A stretch of DNA of 64,000 bases. Source: Antedon mediterranea (lineage: Eukaryota > Animalia > Echinodermata). Numbering within the stretch: the first letter of the stretch is position 1; each line of letters opens with the position of its first letter. The stretch lies in assembly GCF_964355755.1 (NCBI RefSeq), contig NC_092677.1, forward strand, positions 2,192,101-2,256,100, read 5' to 3'. Below the pieces are notes generated by a model. That model did not search any database. It was not told the DNA's origin and saw only the letters and a program-made list of their open reading frames with translations. Positions 34,501 to 46,100 of the stretch are shown one piece after another. Position numbers and translations under genes: made by a program.

Positions 34501-37500
34501 TTATACCTCGAATTAATAGTAACAGATCGTATATCGGCTTCACGTACTAGGCTAGGCCTAGACTAAATCATTTTATTCATGCCGGGGTGAGAGCCATTTC
34601 TGACTAGGGATTCCATGCCACGATGGCCATCATTCATGGGCCTAGCTAGCCTATTACTAAACGATTGGCCCATAAATAACAAAACTCAGTGGATTCCAAA
34701 CCCATCCTATCAACCAAACTCCTAAACAATCTAAACCTAAAACGTTCTACAAAAATCGGCTGTAAATATTGAGGCAAAACAAGGTCCGATCGCCGTCCGC
34801 ACGTATGGTCTAATAAGTAGGCCTAGTTTACTCTCCAAAAAATCGTATACTGCATCAAGCAAGTAGACCGGTAGTAGGAAGGAGACCTAGCCTAGCCGAT
34901 CCGGCCCAGTTAAAAATTGAGCTAGCTAGTGTAGTAGACCCTATGCGAATTGATACTACCAGGCCTTTTACTATAGGCTACACTTGTTAAAATTAGCAAT
35001 ACTGTACTTATGTTTACAAATATTCCAACTCTCTCATTCGAGCTATATTATCTATACCATTCCGGTAGGTTGAGTCGACCTTCAATCAAATACTGTACAT
35101 CGTTCATGTTGTGATATAGACGGGGTATACTCGACCCGACCAGTTTGGTATTGTATACTGTATCTGCTTATCACGTGACGATGCCAGGCATGGGCAGAGA
35201 GAGCACGTGTATCGTCGTCTCGCTCTCCTCGCTCAGCAGGAATGTATACGTTACGCTTCATTGATTTTGAAGGCTTTCCCTAAGTCAGTGCGAAAATCGG
35301 CAAACGTAAAGTGCAAACTTATCTAATTTTTCACTGTTTTGATGGATTTTCATAGAAAATTGATTTTATAAATGGGAAGACCGACTAAAATTACATCAGA
35401 TAAGTATAATTTTACAAAAGTAATTGATATGGTTATTGATAACGAGTCGTCGGAAGATTGACCATTTCACGAATTTCGTATTCTGTAACCACAGTGTGAT
35501 TTTGCCGTAGCTGCACTTGTAATCTGGCCTCATTTCACAGCCTTCGTTCTGCTTCACTGGGCGCTTATATAAATTGAAACTTTTACCGTTCAAGAGACAA
35601 ACAAATATATTTTACATTTTTTACTATTCATTTTAAACCCGGAACCCCCCTTTAAACACAATATAAGATACCTGTATACTGACTAAGTAATTTTTAGTTA
35701 TTTAATTTTTCAATATTTTCTTTACTCATTTTTTTTTTTTTATTTTTTACAATTTTTTTGGAATTATTTATTTTAAAAATTTATTTGTCTTTTTGTTTTT
35801 TTTTTTCAATAAATAATTTCGGTAATTAGCAATCATTAAAATTAATTCTGAATCATTTATCTTTGCACCTGAACATTAATAAACAGAAACTGTTTTTTCG
35901 TAGGTCTAGGAACACCGTCCTCTGTTATGATCAACATTGATATCACTTTATTTGAGTGGTTAGCGTGGGCTAAAGCTGGTCTACCAAAATGGATGACGCC
36001 CGAGGAACTGAAAGCATTCGGCTTAAACGTTGACACGAACTACAAATCGTTCATTACTCCACAGCAACTAAACCTACAAGAGAACTGTCACTCATACTTT
36101 AAGAGGAGTGAACTATTTATGAGGCATATTCTGAAACATAACAAAGATGGAGGTATGACCACTTAAGTACAGTATGACAACTAACGCTCTGTCTACAATA
36201 TCAAACTTTATGTGACAGAAAAATGTGATATGCCCATACATGGACATGTCATAAAACTACCATATTTGGGCATATTATCACTACCATATTTGGGCATATC
36301 ACTACCATATTTGGGCATATTACTACCATATTTGGGCACATCATCATGTTTTTGTCAAACTAGTTTGATAGTGTAGACAGACTTTGCTCTATACTACCAT
36401 TTGTAATGACCTACATATAATGGTTCGTTAGTCATCACCTCAAACCTAGAATTTAGCAAATCTTTTTCAAGGAATTGAGTGTGAGGAAGTACGTTCCAAT
36501 GTACCTGTATGCTCTTAATAAACTCAATACACATTGTAAACAAATCTTAACATTGTTTTGTATATTTTCAGGCAATTTTCTGATTGTTGGGCATGCTGGA
36601 TCTCTTGATGGGTGCACACGTTTACTGCAGGGTCTGTCCCCAAGGCCAGCCTTGGAATTTACCAAAATTGTTCAGAAGGTAAGTAGAAAGTGTATTATTA
36701 TTAACATTATAACTAATTATCATCATCATGATATCAGTATTATTATCATTGCCAGTATCATCATCAACATTATCACTAATTATCATCATCATGATATCAG
36801 TATTATTATCATTGCCAGTATCATAATCAACATTATCACTAATTATCATCATCATGATATCAGTATTATTATCATTGCCAGTATCATCATCAACATTATC
36901 ACTAATTATCATCATCATGATATCAGTATTATTATCATTGCCAGTATCATCATCAACATTATAACTAATTATCAACATCATGATATCAGTATTATTATCA
37001 TTGCCAGTATCATCATCATCATTATCACTAATTATCATCATCATGATATCAGTATTATTATCATTGCCAGTATCATCATCAACATTATCACTAATTATTA
37101 TCATCATGATATCAGTATTATTATCATTGCCAGTATCATCATCAACATTATAACTAATTATCATCATCATATCAGTATTATTATCATTGCCAGTATCATC
37201 ATCATCATTATCACTAATTATCATCATCATGATATCAGTATTATTATCATTGCCAGTATCATCATCAACATTATCACTAATTATTATCATCATGATATCA
37301 GTATTATTATCATTCCCAGTATCATAATCAACATTATCACTAATTATCATCATCATGATATCAGTATTATTATCATTGCCAGTATCATCATCAACATTAT
37401 CACTAATTATTATCATCATGATATCAGTATTATTATAATTGCCAGTATCATAATCAACATTATCACTAATTTTCATTATCATCATCATGATATCAGTATT

Positions 37501-39036
37501 ATTATCATTGCCAGTATCATCATCAACATTATCACTAATTATCATCATCATGATATCAGTATTATTATCATTGCCAGTATCATCATCAACATTATCACTA
37601 ATTATCATCATCATGATATCAGTATTATTATCATTGCCAGTATCATCATCATCATTATCACTAATTTTCATTATTATCATCATGATATCAGTATTATTAT
37701 AATCGCCAGTATCATAATCAACATTATCACTAATTATTATCATCATGATATCAGTATTATTATCATTGCCAGTATCATCATCAACATTATCACTAATTAT
37801 CATCATCATGATATCAGTATTATTATCATTGCCAGTATCATCATCAACATTATCACTAATTTTCATCATCATGATATCAGTATTATTATCATTGCCAGTA
37901 TCATCATCAACATTATCACTAATTTTCATTATTATCATCATGATATCAGTATTATTATCATTGCCAGTATCATCATCAACATTATCACTAATTATTATCA
38001 TCATGATATCAGTATTATTATCATTGCCAGTATCATAATCAACATTATCACTAATTTTCATTATCATCATCATGATATCAGTATTATTATCATTGCCAGT
38101 ATCATAATCAACATTATCACTAATTATCATCATCATGATATCAGTATTATTATCATTGCCAGTATCATCATCAACATTATCACTAATTATCATCATCATG
38201 ATATCAGTATTATTATCATTGCCAGTATCATCATCAACATTATCACTAATTTTCATTATTATCATCATGATATCAGTATTATTATAATAGCCAGTATCAT
38301 CATCAACATTATCACTAATTATCATCATCATGATATCAGTATTATTATCATTGCCAGTATCATCATCAACATTATCACTAATTATCATCATCATGATATC
38401 AGTATTATTATCATTGCCAGTATCATCATCAACATTATCCCTAATTATCATCATCATGATATCAGTATTATTATCATTGCCAGTATCATCATCAACATTA
38501 TCACTAATTATCATCATCATGATATCAGTATTATTATCATTGCCAGTATCATCATTAACATTATCACTAATTATCATCATCATGATATCAGTATTATTAT
38601 CATTGCCAGTATCATCATCAACATTATCACTAATTTTCATCATCATGATATCAGTATTATTATCATTGCCAGTATCATCATCAACATTATCACTAATTGT
38701 TATTATCATCATATCAATATAATTATCATTGCTAATACCATATTCATTTCTCTTGTTACCCCTGACATCATCAGTAATCAATATATTTCTTAATATTTAT
38801 GATTATCTCAAGAATCTCTGAATTGATAACATAATACATTGATAACATAATACATTGATAACATAATACATTGATAACATAATACATTGTTTCATTATAA
38901 GGTACCATACTGTGGTGTAATCGCACTAAAGGAATACAAAGAGATGTTAGTTTGGGATATGTTTCCTCCACCTTTTCCTACGTTAACGCATGGACCAAAC
39001 CCGCGATTTGATTGGAGGATAATGCAGCCTGAATGA
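25546..39036 (+). CDS. UBASH3: UBASH3/STS-family protein (UBA, 2H phosphoesterase, SH3, histidine phosphatase), 13 coding exons, about 634 aa, apparent +1 frameshift at 32951-32954
   Basis: Exons 25546-25661, 26057-26110, 27628-27814, 29719-29917, 30478-30647, 31099-31304, 32016-32163, 32909-33027, 33383-33505, 33670-33762, 35904-36152, 36572-36678, 38902-39036. Motifs MGFP (UBA), PHVTL and LHLTL (2H), GIFPLDY (SH3), [24 protein letters not shown]. Confidence 0.93.
29192..29317. mobile_element. MITE family A
   Basis: Family TIRs. Confidence 0.75.
30815..31057. mobile_element. Two adjacent family A MITEs
   Basis: Copies at about 30815-30945 and 30950-31057, separated by a short TTAA-like spacer. 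Confidence 0.8.
31365..31519. mobile_element. MITE family A
   Basis: Family TIRs and internal repeats. Confidence 0.8.
31534..31651. repeat. 15-bp C-rich repeat (AAGCCCCACCCCAAC), about 8 copies
   Basis: Direct reading. Confidence 0.9.
34073..35651. mobile_element. Kolobok-like non-autonomous element, 1.58 kb, in a UBASH3 intron
   Basis: TTAA TSD; TIR AGGGGGATTCTGGGTTTAAAA / TTTTAAACCCGGAACCCCCCT. Confidence 0.85.
36185..36382. mobile_element. MITE family A with an expanded internal repeat
   Basis: Family TIRs with four ACTACCATATTTGGGCA units. Confidence 0.8.
36697..38735. repeat. About 63-bp ATC/ATT-rich minisatellite, about 32 copies, in the last UBASH3 intron
   Basis: Unit ATCACTAATTATCATCATCATGATATCAGTATTATTATCATTGCCAGTATCATCATCAACATT. 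Length variants differ by multiples of 3. Confidence 0.97.
38823..38889. repeat. 16-bp repeat (TTGATAACATAATACA), about 4 copies
   Basis: Direct reading; lies just before the last UBASH3 acceptor. Confidence 0.85.
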
Positions 39037-39075
39037 ATGAATGAATGAAACAAATCAAGCATTTTATAACTTATA

Positions 39076-39233
39076 AGCCTTGTCTACACTATCAAAATTT
39101 ATGTGACAAAAAATGTGATGTGCCTATATATGGACATAATGATGTCATATTACTACCATATTTGGGCACATCACTACCATATTTGGGCACATCACACTTT
39201 TTTTGTCAAACTAGTTTGATAATGTAGACAGAG
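39076..39233. mobile_element. MITE family A in the presumed UBASH3 3' UTR
   Basis: Family TIRs. Confidence 0.8.
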
Positions 39234-39869
39234 TGTAACACACAGTTTGAACAAAAACAGATATTTTAGAAGGATAGGCAGGAAGGACATTTGTATGTAC
39301 AAATTATATAAATTGATAAAAATTCAGATATTTAAGCATAATTGTTTAAAATATAATTATTTAATAGTGATTTTATATTTTTATAGCAAACAATTTTTAG
39401 CATTTAGCAAAAAATTATAACTATATATCTATTATTATGGAAGTATAACACAGTGTGTTTGCATGACCTGGCCTACAGATTCTTTGCAGGGTCAAGGGGT
39501 CAAGGGGTTGCAGGCCTGCCGTCATATTAGATGTGAACAGGAGTAGGTGATGGTTAAATTAACATTCGTAGTTGTAGTCTTATGGTAATATGAAGCATCC
39601 CTACCAATCTCAGAGGCATGGGTTCAAATCTCTCTGATGTCAGGATTTCTGATTTTTTTAAATGCACTCACTAAGACTATGCATGTACAGAACATGTTCT
39701 ATAAATAGAATGAAATAGTTAAAGTAAATTACAAATGCTTTGGTTGAAATCCTCTGTGATGTCAGGATTTCTGATTGTAAAACAATGTTCTGCAAACCGA
39801 ATGGGATAATTAAATAAAATTGAGTTTGTAGGTAATAATAATTTTATTGAATAAAGTTATGTATCTTAA

Positions 39870-40058
39870 AGGACAACTTGACCGAGGACAATATTTTAAC
39901 AACGTATTAGGGATTTGCTGTTTGAAGTCACAGCAAATTGACGGCGACGGCTGTACGACGAGTGCGTGCTGCGATATCCTTAATCTTGCGATGGGTTCTG
40001 AAATCATATGTACATCCCTAATACGTTGTTAAAATATTGTCCTCGGTCAAGTTGTCCT
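39870..40058. mobile_element. Kolobok-like MITE, 189 bp
   Basis: TTAA TSD and a perfect TIR of about 45 bp, AGGACAACTTGACCGAGGACAATATTTTAACAACGTATTAGGGAT. Confidence 0.9.
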
Positions 40059-41024
40059 TTAATGTTCTGCACTGTTACATAAACGTACCATATAAAATGA
40101 GCTTATCTGCATAATATTGAGGCTGTTAGAACTCAAATGTAGGTACTTAATATTTTATACAAACGCTTAAAACTGATTATTAGTATTTTACGATGTTTAT
40201 ATTGTTGATAAATTAGGCTGAATTGCTCTCAATCCTTTCCTAGCTGTACGCACTTTTTTCCCACTCACGCAATTACAATGATATTTATTTTTTCTTATGA
40301 TTGTTGTGGTTTTACTTGCAAGTCAGTATGGTATTTACTTTATACTACGTTTTTGGTGCTTTCTATAGACAATTGTTTTTATACAAAAATGTGTATTTTT
40401 GCTAAGGTACATTTTGAAAGAATTAACTGTAATTAAATTTAAGTGTTACATTATTTTTATTTTTCGGACCTTGCTTTTATAAGTACTTTATAAATATTAT
40501 GTTACAAAAAGTAAATTTGTTTTAAATTATATTATACCTAACATAGGCCTAAATATCATATTTTATACCATAGCCAGGAATGTTTTGTACGTTTAAAATG
40601 AAAAATATATGCGGTTCCTCTGTCACAATTTTTACAAAATAACCTAAACAAATTTATATTTGTAATAAGAGAGTTTCAATGTTGAACCTTTTTTTTATAT
40701 ATTATAATATTTTTTGTAATTTATACCTGCAAACCCAGATTTAAATAAAAATTGCATATGCTAGTCAAAATAGAGCTACTGTATGATACATGGACAATTT
40801 GTTTTGTAATATTTTATGTATAAATTATTATAGCATAGCACATATGTGTTCATATTTATTATTATTGTTGATATAGTCTACTAATAATAGTTATAATAAA
40901 TACAATTATATTTCGTAGATGAGTTTATCGTTTTTGTTATTTCTGTGACATTATTAATATTTATCAAGAGAAGGACGATTCCAATAGTAATCAAAATTGT
41001 CCTGGGGGGGGGGGATAATTGTCC

Positions 41025-43155
41025 TAGGGGACTATTGCTACTTTTAGATGATATCCCAGTTGTTCTATCAACTCGATATATGCGACCATCAGACCAAGCT
41101 GTCCAGTACAGGTAGTTTCTATAAATTTCAATTCTAATCGGATTGTTTGCAGCACGAAGCCTTATGATCGTTCTTCTGTTAGACCCGTCAAGGTTAGCTT
41201 CCTCAATTACGCCCAGTACGTAATCACACTAATACATCTTTCCATCTGAAATATATAAAAGCTGTAGTGAATAGCGGATGTAGTCTATTTAATATTTTTG
41301 ATAATAATGGATGTGCGGCTACTTGCCCTCGTGTAAAATTGTAACGTGAGCAGTTTTAAAACTTATGAAAGTGTAAGTTTAACATTGAACCAAATTACTG
41401 AGAAATTATCGTGTTGTTTAATAGTATAATAAATGGTTTAATCTAATTACTAAAATTGAGTTATTAAATGAATTTAAATTCTTGTATTAAATGTATGAAA
41501 AAATATCAATAATTATTACTTTCCTAATTCATTATTAAAATAGGTAAAGTATGTTGTTAATGCATTAATAATACACGTTTACGTAATAATCGACATGGAT
41601 ATATGAAGATAACAATGGAGAAATATTGCATAACGGTATCATTAGAGAGTGACATACCCGTTAGTTGTGTCTATCTCAATTGCATAATGGCCAGCTTAAT
41701 CCTGTGCCAATCAGTGTTCTTCTGTTTGATCCATCCAGATTTATTACTTCAATTCGGTTTAGTTCATTATTTGTCCAATAAAGCTTTTTCCCATGTCCAT
41801 CAACGGCTAAACCATACACCCCTTAAAAATGATGAAAAATTAAACACGTTGTAATCACAAACTATTATAAACAATCCAACTACAGCTATGTTATAGGGTT
41901 TTATAAAGACAAACCCGTCTTTACACACATTTTAAATGTCCAACCCCTCAAAAAAGAGTATGTATGTATTTAATGTATGTTAGAAGATCTACAGTAATAA
42001 AACTGTCTCATATAAACTAGAATCGTACTCCAAATTTAATTGTTTGAGGACATGGTTTTGAAAAATATGCTTACCTGACATGACAGAGTATGGAATATAT
42101 TATTATTTGACAGAAGAGAGCCTTTGGCAGCAGAGAAATTATGAACTTTCTAAATTTTCGGTTTTGATAGACTATATTAATTACCATTTATGTGCAGATG
42201 TTTAGGTGGTCTCCTAACGACTAATTTTGCTTCATTTCCATCATGATTTAACAATAAAACAATGTAGGATGTGGTTCAACAATTAAAAATTCTGAAGAGT
42301 GCCTATTTGTACTATGATAAGCATACACAATTTAAACAATTGCTACCAAAATATAAAGATGTCTAATATTTTTAATATTATTAATATTTTAAAATAAAAA
42401 CTAAACAGACTAAATATTTTTTCTTACCATTATTTTACATTTGACAAAAACACTTCATGTTGGTTAGTGTCAAATGAATATCGTTCAAAGGTTTGCTTGA
42501 CGTCGTCTTTCCAGTATAGTGTAGATGTTGTTACATCATAACCAAGATACCGTAAAAATTTTTTCAAATGGCTCAACAACAACATTTATTCAATATTCAA
42601 TATTTTACCAAGTTTATGGGTTAAGATACACAGAAGCCAAACTGGCTTGTCTTTGTAGTCCTAAGCATAAACATAAACCATATTATACGGACGCATTACA
42701 TTGACAAAAAAAGACATTTTGAGACAGAAAAAGAAAAAAACACAAACACAACAAAGTGATATTGAGTTAAATGTTTACAACCCCAATTTTGCAGTAGCAA
42801 TAGTAGCTAGCAATATGTTTCAAATATCATCTTTTTAATATTGTACTTTAGCATAGGGAGTGAGGTCATGTGATTTTGTTCTAGAGTAGACTGGAGTTTA
42901 TTCCAGTAAGTTGGTCCTTCAATAAAAATTGATCTTTTATTAATTTCTAGTCTACTGTGTGGAATATATATCTTATTTGCGTTTCTTAATGTCTTTAAGC
43001 GATCAGTTTTAGGGTTTAAATCAATCAAGTTGTTTATAGGGATGGGAAGTTCCTGGAGATGATATTTGAACATAAAGCATGCAATTTGAATTTAAAAGAC
43101 ATAAATTCTAGGAGGATCATAGTAGTTGGCGACAAATATAATATCATTTGTACGT
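41025..43155 (-). pseudogene. Decayed LDL-receptor class B (YWTD beta-propeller) gene, LRP-like
   Basis: Exon remnants: 41821-41658 (GLAVDGHGKKLYWTN...IEVINLDGSNRRTL, frameshift near 41686); 41245-41025 (GKMY*CD...IEEANLDGSNRR...YLYWTAW, TAG at 41229-41231); about 42570-42429 (YDVTTSTLYWKD). Confidence 0.8.
42574..43093 (-). mobile_element. 5'-truncated LINE (CR1/L2-like) 3' end
   Basis: ORF2 C-terminus-like IACFMFKY...KRSIFIEGPTYWNKL followed by a 3' UTR ending AATAAA(TGT)n. Confidence 0.8.
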
Positions 43156-44389
43156 AAAAACAATAACGTTTAATAACGTTTAATTATAATATCAGTAATA
43201 TACAAAAAATAATAATAACCCTGTTAACAAAATCTATTAATCTGTATAGTTTATTATAACCTTATTAGTTGATATTTACACAATCGAAAATTCAAATTTG
43301 TTATAAATCAGTATATTTCGAATTACGTTATTGAATAAGTATTAAAAGTATAATAATCATTCAATAACAACACGTCTTACTTTGTTCTTTCCAGTGTTTG
43401 TAAGTCATAATACATCCTTCGGGATCATAACTATAATCTTCACTTCCAACCTCTAAATACAATAAGAAAACTAATTATATTAAAAAGAGATGATTTCATG
43501 TTAGACTTACTATTTTGTTTCGGCTACTAGCTTAACATAAATCATTTGAAATCAGATTTTTTTCGAGAATATGTTACATTATTAACATGCTCATCATCAG
43601 TTCAGCTATTGACATGTTCATTTCATTTTTCATTTCTTTATTCGACAACAAGCGGTCCAGGGATTGCGACAGCAACAGAGCGCCATAACACATTTGTGTC
43701 CGCAATCCCTGTAACATACAACTTAATACAAGTTAAAAATGAATATAAAATATACAGAATATATAAAAAATTGAATTAATTTGTATTACTGTGGTACACA
43801 ATTTAAAATACACTTACTGTTATATAAGTATTAATTATTATTACTATTACCACTAAACACTGTTATTTTTAGGGCTTTAGAATATCGGTGTAAAGTAGTA
43901 GCAACTTCTTCTTCTTTACTTCTTCTTCTTTATTGTATCAAACATAATTAATCAATACAAAACTATACTTAAATAAAAGTAATTCTTTAAGTTGTTTAGA
44001 GAAAGCAAATCACAGACTATTACATATCAGTCACCGTTGTTGGGATCCAGAGTAAGTCTTATTGAGTGATAACCTGTTGAAGCAGAGTCTATTTAGAAAG
44101 ACTTATTTTACTCAAAGATGATAAATCAAACTTGGGTCCAAGCACTGTGCATTGGATCCGATCACTAAGTAAGCGTAGGCCCCTTACTGTATTTTGTATC
44201 CATCATACATTGTTCTTCACCTTAATAACTACACTTAAGACACACGTTAACAATATTAATAATTATTTACCATTATCCGTGGTTGGCAAGACCGTATGCC
44301 TATCCCCAAAAACATGGGAGTTGATCACCAGGTAAAACCAAGCAAAAACAATCATTTTTGTCTTCAGTTCAGTTGAGTAAGTAAAGTAA

Positions 44390-45620
44390 TACGCTAGAAA
44401 TGGTTGATGTATACACATCACATACAAAGTATACGTTTGAAATGGTTTATTTTACCAAAACAAATATTGAAGTAGGCCTACGAATAATTATGTATAATTC
44501 AGACAAATCGAATAATGTCACGTGATGTTTAATACATTTCTGATTACTATGCCATCTTTATCCTATCGGCTGAATTAAAATATTAAGTCAATTGTTTTTA
44601 TTATTGATGAGAGAACCCGTTTTATAAATTATATTGCTTTTAAAACATCACACTTAATTCATTACTAGTACTACTAAAAGCCACTATGATAAGTGTAAAG
44701 TTGTGTTTGTTGATACAAATTCACAATTGTTTTACAATAGGCACCAAAGAAGCGGGCCCCATATTAATATTACAGACAGACAGTATTTTAACATTGCCTT
44801 TATATATTTCTTTGTTGATTTATTGTCTTAATTATACCAACCAAAACAAATGTCCATTTTAAATTGGACCAATACAATTTTTTGAATATTTAAATAACAT
44901 ATATATAAATTAGGCATATACTTAAAATATATAAATTCGCCAACAATCTAAACTTCACACAGACCATTTGCACGTGAAGCGACACGCGACAAGCGTCAAA
45001 TCGAATTAGCGACACGCGACAAGCGTCAAATCGATCGCTTCAAAAAGTTGCCCAATCAGATTTCACGTCGTGCAAACGAAACATTCACTTTCGATTTGAT
45101 TTGCCGGCGACGGACAGGAACCGTGCCGGCAAACAGATAAAAAAACAAATACCATAATAATATTGATATTAACAATTATATACAGTCATTCATGTTATCC
45201 TGTATCCATTCATTTTTAGATGTACTGTATAGCACATACAAGTATAATACGCTAGAAAATGGTCGATTTTACAAAAACAAATAATGAAGTACAAGGTCTA
45301 CGAATAATTATGTATAATTCAGACAAATGGAATAATGCCACTAATTACTATACCATCTTTATCAAATTGTCTGAATTAAATTATTAAGTCATTGTTTCTA
45401 TTATTGATGAGAGAATCAGGTTTATAGATTATACTGCATTAGGCCTACTACTAGTACTACTAAGCCACTATGTGTAAAGTTGAATTTGTTTGCCTCTTTG
45501 TCAGACTTGCTTGTGGAGTATTTAATTAAGAGGACAATCACCAAGTAGGTCTATCAAGAAAATAAGTGTACAAATTCACAATTTACAATAGGCATCAATA
45601 GAAGCAGGTCACTAATTACA
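44390..45620. repeat. Diverged direct duplication of about 360 bp (44390-44760 vs 45248-45615)
   Basis: Shared blocks CTACGAATAATTATGTATAATTCAGACAAAT, TATTATTGATGAGAGAA and TACAAATTCACAATT. Confidence 0.75.
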
Positions 45621-46100
45621 TTATACATACATGGCAAAAAATAAAGACACTCACATAATTATAATCTTAATCTTTACATTTCGCTTAAGTCCCTGGTGTG
45701 CCCTTTTTTTGTGGGACCACCACCCCATCCAACCCCACTAACTTAAATAATGGCATACTACTTTGGCACACATGTTGATTGTCTATTATGTAACCAATCA
45801 AGAGTGAGCCCTCAATTGTTCAACTTTTATTATTTTGGACACTTTTTAAATTACCAGAAATACAATACAACATATACAATAGTATTGACTATATTAGTTA
45901 ACAGTAATTAACATTATAATAAACAACAATAATAAGCAAATTTTAACTTTTCTTTAGTTAGAAGGTAAAGGTAATTTTAAATACAATTTTGGGTCTGAAA
46001 GGTATAAAAATTACAATTATAGCATGAACGTCTGGTTACAGAGCCTACAAGCGAAAAACATCGATCCAGCAGAAGTCGATCTCGCGACGATTTAACAAAC

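Noticed and set aside
36622-38781. 719-aa and 772-aa ORFs as genuine genes
   Set aside because: They derive from a 63-bp trinucleotide-rich repeat within a GT-AG intron whose flanking exons join in frame. Kept only as a finding.
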